From Trichodelitschia bisporula (lineage: Eukaryota): a stretch of DNA of 64,000 bases. Under the pieces are notes generated by a model. The model had not been told where the DNA came from and did no database searches. It was given only the letters and a program-made list of their open reading frames with translations. Every line of letters begins with the position of its first letter. Positions within the stretch are counted from its first letter, which is position 1. Both the position numbers and the translations under genes were made by a program. This document shows, piece after piece, positions 11,753-21,096 of the stretch. The stretch covers positions 195,061-259,060 of the forward strand of contig ML996695.1 in NCBI GenBank assembly GCA_010356995.1, written 5' to 3'.

Positions 11753-13316
11753 ATGGTGTCCCCACCCCTCCGCCTCGCGGTCGTCAGCCTCGCAGCCCTC
11801 GCCGCCGCCCACGCTGACCACGCGCACGACCAAGAGGTCCTCGAAGGCCCCCTCCCGTCGCTGTGGTACAACACGCTGCCCGGCGACGGCGGCACGCAGG
11901 TCCGTCGCACATCCCTCTGATCAACACCAAGCTAACCCCGCAGGCCGACTCCGTCTTCTCCGGTATCTCGACCTTCGGGCGGATCCAGTACTCGCCGTGC
12001 CTGTCCACCGACTCCGTCAAGTACGACATCGCCTTCATCGGTTCGTCGGCCCGCGTGGGCTCATGCGGGGATTAATGACCTTTGTAGGTGCGCCGTTTGA
12101 CACGGGCACTTCGTACCGCCCCGGCGCGCGCTTCGGGCCCAGTGGCATCAGGCAAGGTTCTCGCCGCCTCAATCTCTAGTATGTAATATCCCTGCTTACA
12201 CGCGCTGTGGCCAAGGCTCACGGCGGGTCGGATTTAGTGGTATGGCACATCCCTATGACGCATCATGCCGTCCGATGAGAACTAAACAGCGTAGGCGGCT
12301 ACAACGTCCCGCTGGCGGCGAACCCGTTCAACAGCTGGGCGAAGGTGATTGACTGCGGCGACATCCCGGTCACTTCGTGAGTTCCCCCCCTAGCATTTCT
12401 CGTTGGAGAGTGGAATTGACAAGATAGCTACGACAACGCCTACGCACTGCAACAGATCGAAGAAGGCCACAACAGCATCCTCTCCCGCGCGCCCAAAACC
12501 AACGCCTCCAAACTAGGCCCCTCAAAGAAGGGCAAGACGCTCCCGCGCGTCATAACCCTCGGCGGCGATCACACGATCACGCTGCCACTGCTGCGCAGCG
12601 TGGTGCGCGAGTACGGGCCCGTCAGCGTGATTCACTTCGACAGCCATCTGTGCGTGCCCTCCCCCTTTCCCCTCCCCTAAGTACCACACCACTGACCCCC
12701 TTCCCCCCAGCGACACCTGGCGCCCGAAAGTCTTCGGCGGCGCACCCTCCACGCAAGCCAGCATCAACCACGGGACCTACTTCTTCCACGCTGCGGAAGA
12801 AGGCCTGCTGGCCAATGACACGAACATCCATGCTGGGATCCGGACTACGCTGTCTGGGCCGAGCGATTATGAGAATGATGGGTACTGCGGATTTGAAATT
12901 GTTGAGGCGAGGGAGATAGATACTATTGGTACGGAGGGGATTATTAAGAAGATACGGGATAGGGTTGGGACGACGAAGCCTGTGTATCTGAGCATTGATA
13001 TCGATACGCTTGATCCTGCGTGTAAGTTGGTTGAGTTGGGGGGGGGGGGGGGGAAGCTCGCTAACGCTCGCTAGTTGCACCTGCGACGGGCACGCCTGAG
13101 ACGGGGGGGTGGTCGACGCGCGAGTTGAGGACTATTATTAGGGGCCTCGAGGGGATTAACTTTATTGCGGCCGATATTGTCGAGGTGGCGCCGGCGTATG
13201 ATACTAATGCTGAGTTGACGACGATGGCGGCGGCGGATGTGCTGTATGAGGTTATGACGCTGATGGTTAAGAAGGGGCCGCTGAGTTTGAGTGAGGGGGA
13301 GAAGGTTGAGTTGTAG
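11753..13316 (+). CDS. Agmatinase/guanidinobutyrase-type ureohydrolase with N-terminal signal peptide; exons 11753-11899, 11944-12040, 12088-12178, 12238-12239, 12295-12376, 12428-12649, 12711-13021, 13075-13316
   Basis: Spliced product has '[18 protein letters not shown]', 'GGDHTI', 'HFDSHLDT', 'NHGT', '[22 protein letters not shown]' and '[10 protein letters not shown]' (binuclear Mn ureohydrolase motifs). Hydrophobic N-terminus; ends in KVEL. Confidence 0.93.
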
Positions 13317-13744
13317 GGTGGTGGTTGGGGATGCTGTTAGCGGTTGGGGATGTTATTGGAGGATGGGGTAAGACTGTAGAGACGCCTGTGAGCATGGTGG
13401 TGCTGGGAAGTCAATATGATATGACGTATCAATGAATGGAGGTGATCCTTCCCTCTGCTAAGTGATGCCCCTTTTGGCAACGTTGGGTCTTCTCTTCGCT
13501 TACAGCCCAACTCCAACCCACTTATGATAGCCAACTCTTATATTCTCTATTGCTCTGTATGCCCAATACACGCTTTCATATCAGCCGCTCACAGCGATCG
13601 GATATACCCAAGCCAAACGCCAGAAGCATCACGATTACCTCTATGTCCATGTACACAAACACACAAACACCCACACACCCACACACGCAGACACCTACAA
13701 AGTAAACCCAACCCTAATCCCACCTATACAAACTCTATCTCCTC

Positions 13745-15571
13745 CTACTCCTCCTTCCTATCCCACCACCGTCCCCACCCCCTCCTCCTCCCCTCCCCCC
13801 CAACAAACCCCCCCTCCTCCCCCTCCCAAACCCTCCTCTCCATCTTCCTGCGTGCCCCAAACGCCCTCGCAAACATCCAAGCCTCCGCATCCCCCCCATT
13901 CCACGCCTCAACCGCCGCCCTCACCCGCGCCACCGCAGGCACCTTACTCTTAACCGCCACCCGTGCCCTAACCAATCTCTCCTCCATCCCCGCCTCAACC
14001 CTAACGCCCTGCTCCTCCTTCTTCGGCCTCCTCTCCGGCCCAGGGACGGGCGTCTCACTCTCCCCGCGCCCCGTCGCATTCGCCGGGATCTGGAAGCCAA
14101 ACACCCAGTCTAGGTCCTCATGCAACTCCGTCTCAGCCGTAAGCCAGAGCGTAGCCCGCCGCGCATACGCCCCCGCGACCATCTCTTTGAACAGCACGAG
14201 CCGACTCGAGGCGCTGGGCCCCGTCCCAAGTACCTCGCCTGTAATCGCCGCGAGCCACGCATTCCGCTTCCCCATCCCCAGCCGCCGGATGAAGCGCACA
14301 TCAAGCATGTCCCGCCCGGAAGTGAGTGCCGTGGTGGTATACGGGTGCGGCACCGGTGCAATGGTGAATACCCCGGTTTTGTTGCGGAAGGCCGGCGGGG
14401 TGGCGATGACCAGCGGATGGCTCGCCAGACACGCCGGACACCCCGGGCGGTTGGGCGGACACGACGTCGGGATCGGGCTCGGGGGACACGCGGTCAGATT
14501 ATGCGCGATTTCAAGCGCCGGGACAGCGAGCACGCCCAGGTGTTTCGCGAGCGGCGTGGGGATGCTAATACCGCCCGGAAACGCAGCTTGCCACGCGCCG
14601 TGCAGATGCGCGTTTATCAGCGCGCTGAGCTGCGCATACCCATGCGCCTTGCGCGCGGCGTCGGCGGCGAACAGCGCATCGGCGACGGGGGCGTACAGTT
14701 TGGACACAGTCTTCGCGTCGTAGTACGCCACCGCGCCAGGCCGCGCATCAATCGCGAAGAGCTCTTTAAACGCGGGGTCCGCGAGGTTGAGCGCCGCCTT
14801 GAGCGCCTCGGGCTTAGCCGCCGCCTGCTCGATCGCGGCCCCCAGCGCCGCATCCACAGCCTTGGAGTCTCCAACATATATCCCGCCGCCCAAGCCCTCA
14901 TACCGCGTGAGACGCGGGTATGTCCCCCTGCGCCAGAACTCGAGGAGGGCATCAGTGGGGGGGCCCATGGGAAACACGCGCCAGTCGGCCAATATCCCCG
15001 CGCCCATCGCGCCCCACGCCGCCCAGCGGTGCAGTTCTTCCTCCATGTTATCCTCGAGCCGCAGGGCTGTGATTTTGTGCACGAGCGCGTGTGTGCCTGC
15101 CTCCGCGCGCCCAAGGACGATGGGTCGGAAACCGGATGCCCACCACGCGCGGCGCCATTGCAGGATGAGCTTTGCCTCCGCCTTGCGCACCGCGGGCTCG
15201 TCGCGCGGATTTGGCGTGTAGAACGTGTACACCGGCGCTCGGGGCGGCAGGGGCGGGAGCACGGCGCGGTTTTCATCCAGGGTGAGGCTGGAGGAGAACG
15301 GGTTGCGCCAGCGCCAGTCCGCGTGCCAGCGCGCGTCGCCAGCGGAAGAATTTGCTTGGGGAGGGGGGCGGTGGATGGGGGCGCGCCAGGGGGTGAGGGC
15401 GAGGGGGGCGGTGGGGAGATGGGAGGTTACGGAGGTGAGGGCGGGGGTGGTGCGGAGGCGGGTTGTGGATAGGAGGAGGAGGGCGGCGAGGAGGGTGAAG
15501 AGGAGTATGAAGCGCCGCGGGAGGATGTAGATGTTGAAGGGGCGACCGAAGAGGGTGCGTTGGATAGGCAT
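13745..15571 (-). CDS. Conserved fungal hypothetical type II membrane protein (608 aa)
   Basis: Intronless ORF with a short cytosolic N-terminus, one TM anchor ('RRFILLFTLLAALLLL'), a Pro-rich stem and a large domain with 'WRRAWWASGFRPIVL', 'SCPPNRPGCPAC' and 'VEAWNGGDAEAW.FARAF' segments; gene-like composition. Confidence 0.8.
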   Translation of the reverse strand: MPIQRTLFGRPFNIYILPRRFILLFTLLAALLLLSTTRLRTTPALTSVTSHLPTAPLALTPWRAPIHRPPPQANSSAGDARWHADWRWRNPFSSSLTLDENRAVLPPLPPRAPVYTFYTPNPRDEPAVRKAEAKLILQWRRAWWASGFRPIVLGRAEAGTHALVHKITALRLEDNMEEELHRWAAWGAMGAGILADWRVFPMGPPTDALLEFWRRGTYPRLTRYEGLGGGIYVGDSKAVDAALGAAIEQAAAKPEALKAALNLADPAFKELFAIDARPGAVAYYDAKTVSKLYAPVADALFAADAARKAHGYAQLSALINAHLHGAWQAAFPGGISIPTPLAKHLGVLAVPALEIAHNLTACPPSPIPTSCPPNRPGCPACLASHPLVIATPPAFRNKTGVFTIAPVPHPYTTTALTSGRDMLDVRFIRRLGMGKRNAWLAAITGEVLGTGPSASSRLVLFKEMVAGAYARRATLWLTAETELHEDLDWVFGFQIPANATGRGESETPVPGPERRPKKEEQGVRVEAGMEERLVRARVAVKSKVPAVARVRAAVEAWNGGDAEAWMFARAFGARRKMERRVWEGEEGGFVGGEGRRRGWGRWWDRKEE

Positions 15572-15980
15572 GGTGCGATGGGGGGCCCGGGGTTATTGCA
15601 TTGTTTTCGTGTGGTGTTGGATGGCGGAGGTTGAGGTTGGGTTGATGCTGGAGTGTGGCGGAAAGGGGCGCGGGAGATTGATTGTGCGGGCGGATGGCCA
15701 GTGCGGGCGGGGTGAGGCTGGGCGGGGAGTGTGCCGGTGGGAAACTGATTGTCGAGTTCGAAACTTGGCGATGAACGGGTAATTGTGCTTGTCACGATGC
15801 GGTGGTGAAGCTATTCAGAGATTTATTGCCTGTTCCGGCGACGCTTGATGCTCAAGGGGCGTCAAAATCACCAGCCAATCAGGCCGCGTCATTTTCTCTA
15901 CCATGAGAGGAGAGATTCGCACGATATCCATCCCAATGCTATTACCACTGCCAAATACCCTCTAGATTCCCGGACATCGC

Positions 15981-16817
15981 TCATTGAATCCTATCCGCAA
16001 AGGCCGTTGACTGCACAACCCTAACCGTCGCCTTTGCAACCACCGGCTCCCTCTCCCTCAGCGGCACCCACTCGGGCTCCGGCTTCCTCTTCTTCCGTGG
16101 CGGCCCCCTCTTCCCAATCCCCATATCGCGCCACTTCTGCGGCGGCTTGAGTCCCTCCTTCGCCTTCTCCGTCCATATCTTAGCACCCCGCTTCTCCCAC
16201 CGTATCCGCCTTTCCTCGGCCTCCTCCTCGCTGGGCTGCCACTTGCTCCGCAGAATGCGGCGAATAACTTCGGGCGACACTTCGAACTGCTCCGCAAGCA
16301 CGGCCGTCGTGAATGTAGTCGGGTTGGCAGCGTGCATGGCGCGAATGCCGTCCATTGCATCGGGCGAGAGCCGTTTGCGCGGGTTCCAGCCTTCGTCGCC
16401 GAATTTGCGCTTCAGCGCTTCTTTTTGGACTTGCCAGAGCTCTCGGTCTTTATTTGAGAGCGGTTTGTGATCATCTTCTGCGCTGGTTTTGGGGTTTGCT
16501 CTTCCGGAGCGTGGCTCGTCTCTTCGTTTGGTGCGAGGGGGGGTTTTGTCTGAGGGAGGGTCGGCTACGGCGGCCGGGTCTTTGTCTTTGCGGTGTCGTC
16601 GCTTCTTTTTCGGCTTCTCTGCCGAGGGTTCTGAGGGAGGTTCGGCGGGTGCATTCTCGACTGTGGGGGAATCGGGGTAGAAGCGGCGCGCGCAGATGTG
16701 GAAAGCGACTCGCGGAGCAAGGCGTGGAAGTTGGTGAAGTGGATGGCGCGCGGCACGCGGCGCAGCGCTGCTAACAAAGGCGAAAAGAGAGGAAACGAGG
16801 GGCGGTCGACATATCAT
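15981..16817 (-). CDS. RRG9: Required for respiratory growth protein 9, mitochondrial (neugrin domain)
   Basis: Arg-rich mitochondrial-type presequence and 'WQVQKEALKRKF..GWNPRKRLSPDAMDGIR...LAEQFEVSPEVIRRILRSKW'. Confidence 0.88.
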   Translation of the reverse strand: MICRPPLVSSLFAFVSSAAPRAARHPLHQLPRLAPRVAFHICARRFYPDSPTVENAPAEPPSEPSAEKPKKKRRHRKDKDPAAVADPPSDKTPPRTKRRDEPRSGRANPKTSAEDDHKPLSNKDRELWQVQKEALKRKFGDEGWNPRKRLSPDAMDGIRAMHAANPTTFTTAVLAEQFEVSPEVIRRILRSKWQPSEEEAEERRIRWEKRGAKIWTEKAKEGLKPPQKWRDMGIGKRGPPRKKRKPEPEWVPLREREPVVAKATVRVVQSTAFADRIQ

Positions 16818-17263
16818 GGCGGCGAAGAGGGAATTGGGAATAATGGCGATAGTGATGGTGCTGGTGGATCAAGCAAAACCGGCGCGGATCGAGATTTGCC
16901 GGCGCCAAAAAAGATGGCGCACGGCTGGTGGGTCCCGGACAAGCTTAAACTGACGTCAAGGCGGCGGGCCGGGTCATCCATCAACATTCCGCGGTAGGAT
17001 ATCATCATGGCGAGTCTACTCCCTCTCGTCGTATCTTCTGCTCTTCTCTTTTGCCGTCATCGTGTTACCGGTCTGCTTCTACATACATGCCTCGGCCGTG
17101 AGCATCGCGCTTGTGCCTTCGCTTGCCCCTGTCCGGCGTAATCTACCCCTTTGCTTCACATGCCGCATATAAGTATCTCGGAAACCGCACTACTGGACTT
17201 AGTCTTGTTCTCCGCATTTCTGTCTTCTTTTGTGCTATTCATCGTCTGCAGCGATCTGACACC

Positions 17264-18708
17264 ATGGCGTTCTACAACCCGTTCTACAAGCGCACGTCGC
17301 GCACCCGTACGTACGTTTCGCCTCTATCAAACTCACGATATCAACCACTAACTCCTCCAGCGCATGGGACTACACCTTCGAACTAACCGACGACCACCTA
17401 ACCCCGGAAACCATGTCCCCCCTCAAGTACTCCTACGACACTCTCGGCGAAGCCGCCTACATCCGCCTAACCGAACTCGCCGCCGCCGCCAAAACCACGG
17501 CCGCCAAAACCGCCTCCCCCCCCACCCCAACCGACCTCTACACCCTCCTCGAAGCCCACCACACCAGCGACCCCATCCTCTCCGCCCTATGGGACCAAGC
17601 CAGCACCGTCCCCGCCTGGGTCGACTGGGACCAGCTAGCGCGCGGCCAACCCCTGCTCTACCGCTACGGCGGTGCCATCCTTACCGGCCTCGCCTACAAC
17701 AGCCTCCTCGGCGGCCTGGGGGCGGAGCGCATCGTCGAGACGCTCGCCCGGACGGGCGGATTCAGTCAGCGCGTAGTCCGACGGCGCCTATATGAGACGA
17801 CGCAACACATCCTGCAGGTGACGCGGAGTCTAGAGGGTATAAAGCCAGGCGGCGAGGGGTGGGTGGCCACGCTGCGCGTGCGGCTCCTGCACGCGGCGGT
17901 GCGGGCGCGCATCCGGGCGCTGGCGAAGGCACGGCAGGGGTACTACGACGAGGAGGTGAATGGCGTCCCCATCAACGACCTGGACAGCCTGGCTACGATT
18001 GCGAGCTTCTCGGCGACGCTGATTTGGGTCGCTTTGCCTAGGCAGGGGATTTTTATACGCAGACAGGAGGCGGAGGATTATGTCGCTTTGTGGAGATGGA
18101 TTGCGTGGGTTATTGGGTGTCCGGATACGAGGCATTTTGCCACCCCGGAGGGGGCGAGGATGTTTCTGGAGAGTATGTTGTTGTATGAGGTGCACCCATC
18201 GCCGACGTCGCGCGTGCTGGCGGATAATTTGCTGAATAGTTTGGCGGGGGCGCCGCCGGCGCATGTTAGTCGCGGGATGCTGGTTGCGAGTGCGCGGTGG
18301 TTGAATGGTGGGGATTTGTGCGATGCGTTGGGGCTGGAGAAGGCGAGTCTGTACTACAAGGCGCTGATGGCGGGGCAGTGTGTTTTTTACGTGGTTATGA
18401 GTTATCCGACGTGGGTTGTGCCGGGGCTGGATGAGCGGAAGTGTAGGTGGATGAGGGATGTGTTTTGGAATATGATTGTGGTGAGTAAGAGTGGGCTTGG
18501 GGGCCGGGTTACGGGTTTTGAGTTCAAGTATGTGCCGGAGGAGGACACGGTGGAGAGGCAGGGGAGGGAGGTGAAGGAGAAGGAGACTACGGAGTTGGAG
18601 TTGAGGAATTTGAAGTGGTTGGGCGTTGGGGTGGTTGTTTTGGTGTTGATAGGTTGGGTGTGGTATCGCATGTTCGTTAAGGCTATGGAAATGGTGGGGT
18701 TGTGGTAG
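17264..18708 (+). CDS. ER-bound oxygenase MpaB/rubber-oxygenase (DUF2236)-like protein with C-terminal TM anchor; exons 17264-17310, 17361-18708
   Basis: 'VPAWVDWDQLARGQ', 'ETLARTGGF', 'RRLYETTQ', 'RVRLLHAAVR', 'GVPINDLD', 'DYVALWRWIAWVIG'; GTACGT..CTAAC..CAG intron joins the upstream ATG in frame. Confidence 0.85.
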
Positions 18709-21096
18709 TCTGCTTTGCTTCCATATGACATTGCTGGCGCTTGAACCAGTATCACGATGCTTCCCGATGCGGAAATATGTTTTTCATCACGATCTCGCTG
18801 CCTGATGGCCTCGCGACAGCAGCCCATAAGTCATGAACTTCGCGGCAAACTATACAACTCGCAGAGAACTATATGATTGGCGACTACATCCCAGGTTCGC
18901 GACTCAATAGATGAAGCCCCACAACCGTTTCGCAGATATTAATCGCCTCCGAAGATGGATGAAGGGGCTGGCCAAAGCTCCCCTCTCACACCACAAACTC
19001 AACTCCAACCTCATCTCATCGCGAGAAGCGGCTTGCAGAAAATCTACACCATGCAGGTCGATACCAGCCTCGCGCATCTAGTTCCAAGTCTCCGAATGCG
19101 TGATATTTGCCGTTATCACCAACTTCCAGCGTAGAATACTCCCAGCCACTTGGTCCCTCTGTCACTGACTCTCTCCCAGAATACTTCCACCCACTTAGCT
19201 CCCTCCCTCGCCATCATTGCTTCATTCAACGATCCCCTCATCCCACGCCCCACTTCAAGAAGCTCTAGAATCCCCATTCTGGAAGTCGGCCTGACTCGCC
19301 CTCCCCCGCTCTCAAAAATCCCATTTCCCACCCCACCTATCACCGCCCATCCCTCCCTCCGAATATCCACGCCTTAAAGGGCATCAACGACACTGGTCCA
19401 GTCCTCAGCCGCACAACGCAGACGCCCGATCCATGCCCGCATCACCACCACCGCCTGCAATGCAAGGCACATCCACAGGCATCCCCGCCGTCGCCGACGC
19501 CACTCCTAACCACCACCACCGCATCATCACGACGCCGGCGATCCCCAAGCACCTCGGCTCCTCCTCCCCTCCCCGCGCCACCCGCAGGAACCCGCGCCCG
19601 TATCACCGCCTTCCTTCTAGAAGACGCAGAGGCTGAGCAGTGACGCGCAGATAAGACATACATGGCGCAACGCACGGTGGCGCATGTGACGGCATCGCCG
19701 ACCGGCCAAACACCTCATCGGGGCCCTCGCTGCGCATCGGGACCTGAGCTTCGCATGAATTGCGCGTGAGCTACGGCGCCCGATGCGCGATGCCCGCGGG
19801 GGCCGGCTGAAGTTGCACTCGCAGTAGCAGCGCAGGATCGGTGGCTTGCGAAGGGCCGTGGATGCGGAGATGCGATGTGTACCTGGCGCGCAAGCGTAGT
19901 CCGTAGATTCGAGACGAAGTGAAATGACGCTGTGCTTCCACGCCGTGCCCTCAAGAGTGTGCTACCTCGTCCAACTGCCCCATCCACTCCATACCCAAAA
20001 ATAGCCCACCCACCCGCCCGCCCACATGGCCATCACCGCAAACCCGTCTTCCCTCCCACGTTCTACAGCAGATAGTTCTAGTTCTAGCAGACAAACAAGG
20101 CAGCTGTACCCCCCCATCCTCACTCCGCACCTCCCGCTTCCCCTTTCCATCTACCAGTAGCCATACCCCGCATGGGCATGACACGCGCGCGCGCCACTCC
20201 CATCACTACCCCTCCCCTCCGCGCCACCCCAACGGCCTCCCTCCAAGCCCAACACCACCCTACCCCAATCGCCCCCACCGCGGCCCCCGGGGCACGAACC
20301 AGGACCGGCCCGGAAAACGAGGTACGTGTGTGGCCGCCGAGTGGACGCCTGTCTCGGCAGGGGTCAATGCTCAAGGCAGGTCGGCACGGGCACGGGCTCG
20401 GCCCCCCCTGCTCTCCGCCCCCAGCCCGGCCGGGGGCGGAGGGCAGGGGCCCGAGCTGGGGTGCCGTGCGGGGTAAACCCGGCTGCTTTTGCGAGGCATG
20501 TGAGTGTTCACCGGTTGGGCGGGGGTGGCTCTGTAGGTTAGGTGAGGCGGTGCGCTCGGCGAGGATTTTGGAGATTTTGAGGGATGCGCGGGGGTGGGAT
20601 CGGTGGGGAATATGCGGAGGAGTGGGAATATTGAGATTTGGTTTACGGGGCGGTGCTGCGGTGATATGCGAGGGGATCAGGAAGGGAGTGTTGGACGCTA
20701 ATAGTACATTGGACTTCATTTCACGGTGCGGTGTAGTACTGCGGTGATATGCGATGGGATTCGGGAAGGAATGGGTTAGACACTACTAATAATACAGATG
20801 GAATCTATGTACCAGAAGAAACGAGGCAACGCCGGCGAGAGGGAAAGTATGTACCCGAAACGAAAGCATAGCGAAAAGGGGAATCGTGCAGATCGCGTAA
20901 AGGAAGATCGCGCGCAGAGAACATATCCAAGCGAAGCAGTGTACGCGGAAAAGAAAGATCCCAGAAATCTCAGACAGCCACTTTCCCGTGTCCCATATCC
21001 CGTCCTGTATACCGTGATTTGCAGATCATAGCGCATAACCCCAGAAATCATATCCGATCGCTCATATCCATCTCGCGAGAGAAAACGACAGTGGTA

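Noticed and set aside
13524..15472. Long + strand ORFs (399 aa and 450 aa) overlapping the 608-aa gene; similar antisense ORFs at 42266-43402, 45474-46439 and 51823-52698
   Set aside because: Shadow ORFs caused by high GC and codon bias on the opposite strand; low-complexity translations with no motifs.
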